Counted from the stretch's first letter, positions 12,417 through 24,899 are shown. The stretch is DNA of 64,000 bases from Chrysomallon squamiferum (GCA_012295275.1 CM022671.1:23684001-23748000); one strand, 5' to 3'. Program-made: numbers and translations. Notes: generated by a model from the letters alone, not told the origin.

Positions 12417-12734
12417 ATGTTGGTAAGAGCACATTAACACTTAAGCCTGGAATCCGATTTTTTTTTATTTTATTTTTTTTTTTTATCATTGCTTTATTAC
12501 GAATTTAATTTATTTTACTTATACATTTTCTAGTGGTTAGTTATTTATTAATGGACATTTTTTTGTTTTTTTTTTTGTTTTGACGTAGAGAAGTAAAACT
12601 TCAGTTAACTCTGATAAATACGAGTTAATTTTACAGTAGCGGGTCCAGTTTGATAGCGAGATTAATTAACGACACACTCGCCAGTAAAAGCCATTCTTCT
12701 TTAATTTATTATTATTTTAGAATTTTTTATTCAT

Positions 12735-12765
<31 letters not shown>

Positions 12766-13038
12766 TTTGTTGGATTGTAACATACTTTTTAATACATATA
12801 TACATATATATATATAACTATTATACGGGTCGATGAAGCATTAGATTCGACTTGGCGTGAAAAATGCTTACATCGTGCCGTACGTAATTTCGTATAGTCA
12901 CTGTTTCCACTTCGTCACGGTGGTTTTCACACGAACACTGTACAGTGTCGTTAACATTCGGTATTTTCCGGTGGAAAACGACAGCAAATAGGCCGAAATC
13001 AGATCTTTAAATATACTGACGTGTATATATGTACGTTT

Positions 13039-13072
<34 letters not shown>

Positions 13073-13927
13073 TGTATGTATGTATGTATGTATGTATGTA
13101 TGTACGTATGTATGTATGTGTGTATACATACATACATATACTATTATTTTTATGTATGGTATTTAAATAGATTTTGTCGAAAATATTGCTACAGAAGCAG
13201 ATATTATAATAACATTTAGCTGAATGGGGTGTGGCGGAAAATGCTATATATGTAATTTGCACTTCACGTATTTTATGGTACATAAAAAATCATATTAAAT
13301 ATCAATAACGTTTATTTTCTTATTTTTCAGAATCGTCTATTTCTCCTAGTCATTTTACCCTGGATGTCTTTCTCGGAACACTGTAAAGAGCCTGATACGA
13401 GCAAACTTCAAGAACCTATGATGTCCAGTGTACACGACAGTTTTTACCAGATCCAACCATTGCTCAACACGGTGATGGGACTGTCAGACGTTCCCGAGGA
13501 ATACGTCAACATACAAATAGCCAAGATGCAGTCGAATGAGAAATGCTCAAAACTGGAACATCTGGCAAGGAAAAAAGGCGGCAACCTGTGTCCGTCTTAT
13601 CGCGTCATCAACTACGACGTCAACCGGAAACCAGACACGCTCCTAGAAGCACGATGCAGTTGCGAAACATGCTTCGGCCCGAACTCGGATTCGTCGTTGC
13701 TGTCGTGTCAACCGCTTATATATTACACTCGAGTTCTGCGCAGATTCGGGTGTCAAAACGGAACGTATTTCTACCAGACCATGTGGGAACCCTTGCAAGT
13801 CGGATGCACGTGCCGCTTTCCTCAACAGAGGATGGGAAGTGATGTCCCGCGCACGCCAAAAGCACCTGGAAGACGAAATATTAGAAGTATTATCATGGAC
13901 AAAGTACGCCAAAGTCAGCGGAATTAA
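12417..13927 (+). CDS. IL17: Interleukin-17-like cytokine, copy B (exons 12417-12422 and 13331-13927; ~200 aa)
   Basis: ATG TTG|GTAAGA spliced to TTTTTCAG|AAT gives the signal peptide MLNRLFLLVILPWMSFS. IL-17 knot: CPSYRVINYDVNRKPDTLLEARCSCETC...CQPLIYYTRVLRRFGC...WEPLQVGCTC. Confidence 0.93.
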
Positions 13928-14874
13928 AACAGGCCAGTTTTTGTGTATTTAATTTTAGCATTTCAAGCGAACTCTTTGCACGCCCGTATGGGCTGAGGGT
14001 GTGTAAGTGTTTTGCACCTCATGTTTTAATAATGCAGTTCGTATTTACAGTTAGGAATATGTATGTTTATGTTCCAGTGTTTTCATAACAATTAGATGTC
14101 CATATTTTGGTTGTGTTTATTTTTATTTTTTATTTTTTATTTTTTATTTTTTGGGGGTGGAGGGGTGTATGTTGTTTGTTTTTGTTTTTGTTTTTGTGTT
14201 TTTGTTGTCGTTGTTGTTTTTGAGTTTATATTAAAATACGGTGAAATAAATGGTACTAATTTAGAGGCACATTCTGATCAGGTGCTTTTTGTTATTCGCT
14301 TTTACGCCCAAATATTGTCTGAGTAAAATTACCCTGCCTTAATTTGCTTAAAGCATATATAATCATAATTGCTTGTGGAGAAAACGAAAAATGTATTTGA
14401 GTATTATATAAACATGTTGTTACACTGTTTTTCGACAAATAATGGCATTTTATTCTTTGTTAATATGTTTAATGCAATCGACTGAAATGTAAATTATGAC
14501 GATAATCAAGTTTCCTTTTCACTGTTTTGTGGTTCATTAAGATATTTATTTTTTAATTGTTTAATGGTGTTTTGAGGTGTGTTTTTTTTAACAATCTAAC
14601 TCTTGAATTTTGTTTAATTATTATAAAATTTATAGCAATTTAATGTACGTATTTTCATTTATAATCATGCTAATATTTTAGTTCAAGAATATTTAAAAAA
14701 AAAAAAAATGAGATTGGGTTTGGAATCTATATCAGAATATAACTGTCTTTCAGAAATTATAATATTTAAAATAAAACAAAACAATAAAAATAATAAATAT
14801 GATTATTATTGTTATTATTATTATTGTTGTTGCATTTATTATTGTTGAGTTGTTTGTATCAGACTGTATAATTA

Positions 14875-15350
14875 TTTGTAATATCTAATTTATATTTGTA
14901 CTGAATCAAGTCTATTTGTAATATCTAATTTATATTTGTGTTGAATCAAGTCTATTTGTAATATCTAATTTATATTTGTACTGAATCAAGTTTATTTGTA
15001 ATATCTAATTTATATTTGTGTTGAATCAAGTTTATTTGTAATATCTAATTTATATTTTATACTGAATCAAGTTTATTTGTAATATCTAATTTATATTCTG
15101 TACCAAAATCATGATTACTTGGTTTATATCCAATTCATACCTTGTATTAAATCATGTTTATTTGTAACATCTAATTTATATTTTGTTTTAAAGCATGTTT
15201 AATTTATTTGTAATCTCTCTTTTATTTATTTATTTTTTTGGTTTCAAATGACGTTCACCAAGTTTTTTATATTTAATTCATACATTGTAATAAATCATGT
15301 TTATTTGTAAAATCTAATCTATACATTGTATTGTCACGTTTATTTATAAT
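14875..15350. repeat. Minisatellite, 40-bp unit TTTGTAATATCTAATTTATATTTGT(AC/GT)TGAATCAAGT(C/T)TA
   Basis: About 6 near-perfect copies to ~15110, then progressively degenerate copies. Confidence 0.9.
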
Positions 15351-15728
15351 AAGTAATTTATTTTTTCTCGATTCCAATCCGCTATTTAACTTACTGTAGC
15401 AACCACTGTGAGATTTGTAGACATCTTATGTCTTACGTTTATATATTAACCACGTGTATAATAAAACTTTTATTTTACATTGTCGTAATTCATTGTTGTT
15501 TTGTATATGAGAAGCTAAAGTATTACTTATTATCATAAATATATATATATATATATATATATATTTTGTCTCATTTTGGAATACGTTTAATGCAAGAGAA
15601 TTTCAAAATGTTTTATGTATCGCGAGATCCACTGAGAAAATTCAATGAAAGTATTTTTCACTAAGCATAACTTGAATTAGATACAGTATTTAACTAAGCA
15701 ACGAGGAAATAATGTATAGTTCATTGGG

Positions 15729-15862
<134 letters not shown>

Positions 15863-16343
15863 ATCAAATAAGTTATTTTGTGACAGTCAGGGACACTGAA
15901 TCTGTACTTGGTAGTTTGACTGGGTCACTGGCCGATATTCAATCACACAATTGCAGCATTAGGCAAAATGAAGTGAAATGAAAAATGCTGTGTTCACTGA
16001 GATTAACGTTCACTTCCTTATTATCACGAGAAGATTAGATAAACCAAGAATTATTGTTAGTTCTTCCTGGTTTTTAAGGAGGTGAATGTTAACTCCCTGG
16101 TACACTCACGAGGTACTCACGAGGTGCAGAGGGTCTTTGGATCAGTTTCAAGTCATACGTTTAGGTGCGGGGCAGAAATGTGTTGTGCCTGGTTTATGTG
16201 TTAGTGAAAAGGTTGATTTTTTTTTTTTACAGTCAATCAATTTTTCACATGCAGAAAAGAATAAAGCCTTTTCTAAATTGATTGCGGAGATGTGTCTCCA
16301 TGTGATTATTATTATTATAATTATTATTATTACCATCATTATG

Positions 16344-16380
<37 letters not shown>

Positions 16381-16388
16381 CATCATTA

Positions 16389-16442
<54 letters not shown>

Positions 16443-17500
16443 TTAAATAATGTAAAAAGCTGATGATACTAATATTACTTGACACATTACAGAACAAACT
16501 GTTGGAAGGACATACGTACACTATCTGATCTAAAATACATGCATACACTGTAATTATATTTCGTTTACGAGCGATAAGTGATTTATACTACTTAAAAAAG
16601 AAAAAAAAAATGAAATGATGATTAATTCTCTGTATTAATCTTTTCTTTTTTATTATCAGCAATGGAGCCTTTATAGGCAACTTTATCCTTTTGTGGATAA
16701 AAATATTAATAATAATAAAATAAATAAATAAATAAATAAATAAATAAATCAATAAATCAATAAATAAACTGATAATCGCAACCAGTTCACATCAACATCC
16801 TGACCACTGAAGTACGTTATAACTAATTGCATTTATTTCCAAATCTCTAGATCCTTCCTTGTTCACTAACTTCACTCCCATAGCAATATTAACCACAGAG
16901 CACAGAGTACGGGTATATATTTATACCGGTACAGAAATAGAATCGGAAATCCCTTTCTCTATAAATAGAAAACGAATAACCCTTGTTCACTGTTTTATTG
17001 TTATTATTATTTACTGCTGCTGCTCGAAGAGAGAGAGAGAAAGCTTTCGTTCAAGCTGACCTGTGAATGGTTACATATTAGATTCGAGTACGCTGGTATT
17101 TTGTTGCGTCTTCCTGGGCTATCGGGAAGTGGGTAGGTATTTTCAGGTGATTTGATCTGTGAAAGAAACCAGAGAAGTGGTCTGGTCTCGTGACAAACGA
17201 ACGAACTGGGTAACGCGCCCGGTGTTGTTACACTCAAGTACAGAAAATGAATAGCTTTTGTCATTCCCAGTATAAAAATAACAATGTTTATAAAGAGTGT
17301 GGTATCTGGCTTAATGTAATAATAATAATAATAACAAAGATATTATTATTATTATTATTATTATGTTTTTCTTTTTTTATTATTATTATTTTTATTTATT
17401 ATTATTATTTTTTTTTTTATTATTATTATTTTTATTATTATTATTATTATAATTATTATTTTTATTATTATTATTTTTTTATTATTATTATTATTTTTAA

Positions 17501-17533
<33 letters not shown>

Positions 17534-17565
17534 TTACGATATATATATATACATTACCGTTCGAC

Positions 17566-17699
17566 CGGCCATCAATACAACCCTAAAAACGGTTGCTCAA
17601 TAAAGTACGTACATAATACGTACGTACGTATGTATCAATGATTTTATATTATGTGTGAAAGATTTTATGTATGTGTTGTATGCGCTTATTTTGATTATG

Positions 17700-17701
<2 letters not shown>
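17566..17701 (+). repeat. Direct repeat, copy 1 (~135 bp; copy 2 at 22066-22201)
   Basis: GGCCATCA.TA.AACCCTAAAAAC.GTTGCTCAATAAAGTACGTACATAATACGTAC...GAAAGATTTTATGTATGTGTTG, followed by (TTA)n in both copies. Confidence 0.9.
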
Positions 17702-17762
<61 letters not shown>

Positions 17763-18750
17763 TTTATTTTTATTTTTATTTTTATTATTATTATTATTAT
17801 AGATATATTTATTTATTTATTTACATTTTATTTTGTTTTATTTATATTATTATTATCATCTCGTTCCTTTTATCTGGTCTCTTCTTCTTTCTGTTGTTCG
17901 TGTTTTAAATTAAGATAATTATGTTTATTAAAAACGCATTACATTTACCACACACACATACACACGCGCATATGTACGACCCCCTCCCCAAATATGAATG
18001 CAAATAATTATATTGTCAGTAAAATAAAAAATAAGAATAGTTCCACCCTAATCTCCGAAATAAAGAATAAAATGTTACAAAAAAAAAAAAAAAAAAAAAA
18101 AAAAAGAAAAGTTAAAAAAAAAAAAAAAAACCAAAAAACTCCAGCCAAGAACAAAAATACATTTAACAAAAATAACATACAATGAATATTTATTAACATA
18201 AGTTTTATTGTATAAATATTCAAAACATTGTAAAATATTTTTTGTACAAACATGAGACATTTAATGTCTACATATCTTACATGAGTAAGTACATGAACAC
18301 ACAGAGATGATTTGGAATCTATTGTTAAATAAATCATGACAGTTTTGCTGTTATAATAAAAATAAAAATAAAAATAGTGGGGATTTAAAAAAAAAGCCCC
18401 AAAACCACAACATTTCTCTATTTATATATAAAAAAGGAAGTTCAAACATAGATTCCGCAGTCAAGCTCGGTTTTCCTTTGGTTTTGTTTTTTGTTTTCTT
18501 TTAAATAGGTGTATTAAAGTTTACACAGCAGAATGAACATGAACACGTGATACAGTTGAATTAGAAATGTGAAATCAGTATATCAGATATTAGATATTAT
18601 TAGTATTAGCATTCATAGTAGTAGTAGTAGTAGCAGTAGTAGCAGTAGTAGTAGTAGCAGTAGTAGTAGTAGAAGGAGGAGGAGCGAAGATTACATGATG
18701 GAGTAGTGACATTGGTAGTAGTAGAATACTAGTAACAACACACACACATA

Positions 18751-18940
18751 CACACACACATATACACATACACATACACACATAAATATATATATACATG
18801 TACACACACACACACACACATATACACATACACATACACACATAAATATATATATACATGTACACACACACACACACACATATACACATACACATACACA
18901 CATAAATACATATATACAGGTACACACACACACATACACA
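18751..18940. repeat. Higher-order repeat: 60-bp CA/TA compound unit, three copies
   Basis: CACACACACATATACACATACACATACACACATAAATATATATATACATGTACACACACA repeats with a 60-bp period. Confidence 0.85.
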
Positions 18941-19455
18941 CGCATATATATCAGAATAAAGATTTGGAGACACTGAATTAACTGTACAATACATACAAAT
19001 ATTTTACAAATACATAAATGCAGCAAAAAAACAACAACCCCAAAACAAACAGTATAAACAGTGAAAACATAAATAACAACGTAACAGTGACAACGTTCAA
19101 ATTTCTTGTGCAATAAAAAACAATCCAGACTTAAAGCTTAAGATTTATAATATAAATTAAAAACATAATTAAAAAAAATAATAAAAAAAAATAAAAAAAA
19201 ACCATGAAACAACCGGTATAAATGGTATAAATAATCGAATGAAAACGTGAATCATTTTCTCATACCTGAATGTAAAAATAACTTAATCTGCTTATGAAGT
19301 CATAAGAATTAGCACCAAGTTAATAATGTCGTTCAAAACGAAATGTCCATTCACATATCCACAAACGTTCAATGAAGGCACATACAGTATTACACATCGT
19401 GGGCAACCGAACAAGACAGTCAATTTGCATTTGTCATTTACCAAACAATACTTTT

Positions 19456-20083
19456 TTAAAGACGGTGACTTTGAAATACTCTACTCAGAAGCGTGCTCGT
19501 TACATCACGTTTTGCAGGTGCCTTAGGTGTGTGGCGGTGAGCCTTACGACTGTTTCTGTAACGAGGAAAGTTGCACGTGCATCCCACTTGCAGAGGTTCC
19601 CACGTGGTCTGGTACTGATAGGTTCCGTTTACGCACCCGAATCTGCGCAGGACTCGAGTGTGATAGACAAGCGGTTGACACGACAGCAACGTGGAGGATC
19701 CGTCAGCCGAGTTTGGATCAAAGCACGTGTCACAGCTACATCTCGTTTCCAGCAGGTTGTTCGGTTTTCTGTTGTTGTCGTAGTTGAAGACGTAGTACGA
19801 TGGACAAAGGTTGCCAGCGTTTCGTTTTGCTAGATGCTCCAGTTTGGAACATTTTCGTTTCCGTCCTATTTTCCCTATTTTTATGTTAACGTATTGAGGA
19901 GGCACGTCTGATAAGCCCATCACTGTTTGGAGCAGTGGTTGGATTTGGTAAAACTGTCGTGCACACTGGACATCGTAGATTCGGGAAGTTTGCTGTTGTC
20001 GGGCTCTTTACAATGCTCAGAACGAGAAAGCAACGGTAAAACGATTAGAAGCAGCAAAGGAATCTGAAAAATAAATAAACAAG

Positions 20084-20122
<39 letters not shown>

Positions 20123-20522
20123 GAATTAAAATAAAGTCTAGGCTTATAGAACGTTCACATGAACTGTAATAATCACACTGCATATTGTATAATATATTCT
20201 CGACACATTGTTACGAAAGACGCATAATGTTTAATTCAACCCTGTAGAATAATAAATTATCTTTGTAGTAAATAACCTCTGTTTAAAGTCTAGGTTCGTA
20301 ATATTAGGAATAACTTCTGGTGTTTACTCAAAGGCTTTACTTATTTACTTCTTAATTTATTTATTTATTTATTTATTTATTTTTTTTTTTTTAATTTAAA
20401 AATAATATATATATATATATATATATTAGTGTTTGATCGATATTCTTTTTCTTCCTATTGATGTCATCGTGATCGTTTTTCATTTTTTTTTTTTTTTTTT
20501 ATTATCTTTTTTTTTTTTATTA

Positions 20523-20569
<47 letters not shown>

Positions 20570-20727
20570 GTAAAAATCCGGATTATTAATACTATAAAAA
20601 GAACTGTTTAAAATGGTGTAAATATCATATAAATAAGTAAATAAATAAATAAATAAATAAAACTTAATAAATAAATATTTATCGAAATTAAATTAATATC
20701 GCTAGAATTTTAATGTGGTCTTACCAT
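19456..20727 (-). CDS. IL17: Interleukin-17-like cytokine, copy C (exons 20727-20725 and 20063-19456); 1-nt frameshift at 19950-19953 as assembled (pseudogene or sequence error)
   Basis: ATG|GTAAGA spliced to TTTTCAG|ATT gives MIPLLLLIVLPLLSRS-EHCKEPDNSKL, collinear with copy B. GACAG-TTTT-ACC has 4 T where copy B has 5, causing a stop at 19922-19920. The downstream frame (19923-19456) has an intact IL-17 knot. Adding one T restores ~203 aa. Confidence 0.88.
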
Positions 20728-20813
20728 ATTTACAAATCACACAGACTAATCAACGTGTGTTTCTTGCAGGAGCCGATGTTATCAAAATGTACCTCGAAAT
20801 ACTGAAGCTTTCG

Positions 20814-20880
20814 TATTTAAAGATTTTGAGATATGACGTCGTTACTTCCGGCATACCCTTGAAAGTCTAGGGATTTCCCC
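20814..20880 (-). promoter_or_regulatory. Promoter module of IL-17-like copy C: kB, ETS, CRE-like, TATA-like
   Basis: On the minus strand: GGGGAAATCCC (20880-20870), CCGGAAGT (20851-20844), ACGTCA (20839-20834), TTTAAATA (20821-20814). Confidence 0.78.
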
Positions 20881-20949
20881 GACTAGCTGTTTACCTGATA
20901 AACCAATCATAGTGAATCTGACATACATCCGCACACGTTTACACACAAG

Positions 20950-20994
<45 letters not shown>

Positions 20995-21158
20995 ACAGAC
21001 GAACATACACATATACATACAAACTCATACATATATGAATACAAACATATCCACATATGTACACACACACTCATACACATACACACATACACACATACAC
21101 ACACACAGACACAAACACACATATACATACAAACATATCCACATTTATACACAAAAAT

Positions 21159-21194
<36 letters not shown>

Positions 21195-21513
21195 ATATAC
21201 TCATATGCATACAAACATACGTACATATTCCCGAATATATTGTCTCCGTACATGATGTAATCAGACGTACATAAGACCGAGTATATTAAAAACCTAAATA
21301 TTACATACTTGCCAAAGCCAGGTTTCCCACACAAAAATTAATCACCCAAAAATGACGAAAAAGACAAAGAACGGCGTGCTTCGTGGGAAGCGATGTTTAC
21401 CCTCGGTCATTGAGCATCCTCTTTTTTAACACTGTCCTTATCGGCGGGAGATATCGTCATTCGCCTTCGGAGCGCCATACGTTCGAGTCTCGTCAGCGGC
21501 ACACACAAACGCA

Positions 21514-21584
<71 letters not shown>

Positions 21585-22065
21585 TGTCCTCCTGTGCCAG
21601 TGCGTTCCCGAATACTGCCTATGTGCGGAGTCTAATCGGACGTACATAAATCAGAGAATATTCAAATCCTAAAATACATACACAGATAAGTACATACCGA
21701 CAGATCGATACATACATACATACATACATACATACATACATACATACATACGTACATACATACTACATACACAGTGAAACAGGCGACCTCAAACATACAC
21801 CAGTGTACGCACACCTTTGTATAAACAGACAGACGAGTGTGCACTTATATCTCAGTGTTCATTTAAATAGATCGCATATATATACTCTTTAAAAGTTAAA
21901 ATATTTTACAACACTAGTAAAGATAGGCTAATTTGGTGTATTAACGTAAATGTCTGTCTGTATATATATATATCTCTATATTTACGTGTGCTTGTGCATG
22001 TGTGTGTATATATATATATTTATTTATTTTTATATATTTAGTACACATGAGACCCGCATTCCGCT

Positions 22066-22198
22066 GGCCATCAGTATAACCCTAAAAACAGTTGCTCAAT
22101 AAAGTACGTACATAATACGTACATACGTATGTATCAATGATTTTATATTATGCGTGAAAGATTTTATGTATGTGTTGCATGGGCTTATTTGGGATATG

Positions 22199-22201
<3 letters not shown>
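22066..22201 (+). repeat. Direct repeat, copy 2 (of 17566-17701)
   Basis: Same ~135-bp sequence and orientation, ~4.5 kb downstream, immediately upstream of the copy D promoter. Confidence 0.9.
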
Positions 22202-22261
<60 letters not shown>

Positions 22262-22326
22262 GTAACATGGTTCGCCACGCAGGTTTTTCAGGGAATACAA
22301 AAGCAAAATTTAATGCAGTAATTATA

Positions 22327-22384
22327 AGGAAGTGTTAGCTCTGATAAGCAAATAAATAGGGAAGTGCCTACTAGCGTATAAATA
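22327..22384 (+). promoter_or_regulatory. Promoter of IL-17-like copy D
   Basis: AGGAAGTG (ETS) 22327, TGATAA (GATA) ~22342, GGGAAGTGCC (kB-like, 1 mismatch) 22359, TATAAATA 22377-22384, which is 132 nt before the ATG. Confidence 0.55.
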
Positions 22385-22508
22385 TTTCACAGAGTATTAG
22401 TCGTCCTATTAAACTGTTCTCTTGTCAAGGCATTAGTATTAGTCTTCACTGTGGAGATCTTACTTGTAGATACTGAAATAACTGCATAGGACGATAGAGT
22501 TTTGGGAA

Positions 22509-22578
22509 ATGGTAAGTCTTGCTTAAAATGAATTTGTTAGAGTTATATATCTTTATAAGAAGTTTAATTAAGTCGTAT

Positions 22579-22621
<43 letters not shown>

Positions 22622-22840
22622 CTGTGGATTCCTTTTGAAAAATACAATCAGCGTGTCAGCAGTAGTTATCTCGGAGTCTTATTGTTAATGTAAATCATAG
22701 GTTCGCGATACTGTTCCAATAATCTGTGTTTAATTATTATTATTATTGTTTTATTTATTTTTAAATCATATTTAATTTGAGTTATTCCTATATTATTTAT
22801 TTATTTATTATATTCATTATTATTGTTGTTGTTGTTGTTG

Positions 22841-22906
<66 letters not shown>

Positions 22907-23643
22907 CTTTATTTTTAAAAATTTAATTTAATATTTTCTATTAATTTAATTTTTTGTGCTTGCGGGGTAGATAAATTCTTCCTTTTTAAAACTGGAATGG
23001 CTGTTCTTTCATGTTCTCACAGATTTCGTTTCTCCGAATACTGTTGACGGTTACGGCAACACACGTTATTTCTGGACACCAATGTCAAGAACCAGACGCC
23101 TCTCCGCGCGACAGTAATGGCGACTTTCCGAACCCTGCCGACTTCTTTCGCAGAGCGGTTCGTCACCAGCACCGGTCCATCCTGCACCTTTCAGACGTGC
23201 CGAGTCGCTACAAACAAATCAGAACATCTCGCATCCGTGGATCCTCGTTCAACTGCTCTAACCGTCGACACGTTGCCAGCATCTTTTCCAGCCCGACCTG
23301 TCCTCTGCACATCGTCGTCAACCGGGACGAAAACCGCAGTCCTAGCGTTTTACTCGAAACGCTTTGCGCATGTACGAAATGCACGGAGCACATGCCTTTA
23401 AGAGGCGAGTTCCGGACGTGCGCACTTCTCACCGAATACGTTGTCGTCTACCGACGCGTTGCGTGCGTCGACGGCAGCTACGTGTACGGGAGGGTTTTGG
23501 AACCGGTAAGAAGCGGCTGTCCTTGCAGCAGACCGAGCTGGCGACACGGAGCGGAACCGCTGTTAACGCCTAAGTCTGTCGTAAGACGACAGTCGTCAAG
23601 GAAACCGTGGTTTTTAAAAACTGCTTCTCGGCGTCAGAGGTAA
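22509..23643 (+). CDS. IL17: Interleukin-17-like cytokine, divergent copy D (exons 22509-22511 and 23023-23643; ~207 aa)
   Basis: ATG|GTAAGT spliced to TCTCACAG|ATT gives the leader MISFLRILLTVTATHVISG. It has LSDVPSRY, CPLHIVVNRDENRSPSVLLETLCACTKC and VYRRVAC...VLEPVRSGCPC, with the same 10-Cys pattern as copies A-C. Confidence 0.88.
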
Positions 23644-23884
23644 CAACTGACATTTTTGGATTCTCTTAGAACTTCGTTTTGTGGCTACTGTCATAACTTT
23701 GGTTTGTTTCATCAGAGTACTTAGTGAAAGGTTTGTTGGTAAGCAGGATTTTGACGTTTTTCACCCCACACTTGTTCCTGTACGATTTGTTAAAACGTTA
23801 CGCTGGACGGCAGTTAACACTCCGTTTTCACCACGTCCAGGCTAACGCGTGAATCCATCTGATGTTCTGCTGTTATATACAGTT

Positions 23885-24184
23885 CATGGCTGTAACTACA
23901 CTGAGGCAAATGAGGCAAATGAGGCACATGCCTCACTGAAATTGACGATTTTGGGGGTAGGTGGGTTTATTTTTATTTATTTATTTATTTTTTTTTTTTT
24001 TTTTTTTGTACAAAAATATAAAATATAAATCTCTGTTCCGATAGAAACGATATCCACTGAATGAATTCGTTTATATCTACGGTTACCGACATCGTTGCGA
24101 TCAAAGACTTGACTGATTTCAAAGACATCAGCTTTCGCCTCATTCTGCCTCATTTTGCCTCAAAAGAGTCTAGTTACGGCCAGT
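23885..24184. mobile_element. MITE-like element (~300 bp) with imperfect terminal inverted repeats and subterminal TGAGGCA repeats (hAT-like layout)
   Basis: Left end CATGGCTGTAACTACACT plus 3x TGAGGCA. Right end 3x GCCTCA plus AGTCTAGTTACGGCCAGT. No target-site duplication was recognised. Confidence 0.7.
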
Positions 24185-24739
24185 CACGTGGTCCGTGGTC
24201 CCTATTGCTTCGCTTTTGATGTTTTTGTTTGTTTGTGGGGTTTTTTCATTTTATTCTAGAAGTATTTTAATTTTCAGACAAAAATACCTACACAAATTCA
24301 TCCAGACATTAAAAGTCCACGAGTAACGTTCACTTCCAAAACTAGTTGTTAATGTAGCTCACGTATTTGACTTCATTTTGTGTAGAGTATTATAAAAAAA
24401 ATCCGTCGAGAATTAATAGTTGTATTAACTGTAGATCTGCCATTACTCATTTATTTTATGAGTTACAATCATAAATATATGGTATCATTTTACTGTGATT
24501 TTTTTTTTTTTTTTTTTTTTGTTGTTTTGCATTCTTTTTCCAGAAATAGAGAAATTTAGAAAAAAACATTTCTCCCATATCTTCTTTTAACAAAACATAT
24601 ATTGTCACGAGTGTTTCATATAATGTTGTTGTTTTTTTTGGATTCAGTGCTTTGTATTTTTCATAATATTTTCTGAGATAGGACTGTTATTAAATTGCAG
24701 ATATGATCATAACTCAAATTTTCATTTTCTTTTACATAC

Positions 24740-24811
<72 letters not shown>

Positions 24812-24899
24812 ATACAATATTCATTTCATAAAACAACAACAAAAACAAATTTAAAAAAATAAAATAAAAACAAAAACAATCTAAAATAATAATTTAAAA

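Noticed and set aside
12929-12980. Palindrome ACACTGTACAGTGT and TTTTCC-GGT-GGAAAA inverted repeat in the copy B intron
   Set aside because: They are short, of a size expected by chance in 64 kb, and no counterpart was seen in the copy C intron.
14875-15110. Regular 40-bp and 28-bp (43577-43908) repeats as CRISPR-like arrays
   Set aside because: The units are head-to-tail with no unique spacers, the context is eukaryotic, and there are no cas genes.
17007-17264. Minus-strand ORF containing PDSPGRRN, resembling the copy B tail PKAPGRRN
   Set aside because: No cysteine pattern or other IL-17 motif was found in the frames read, and the match is too short to exceed chance.
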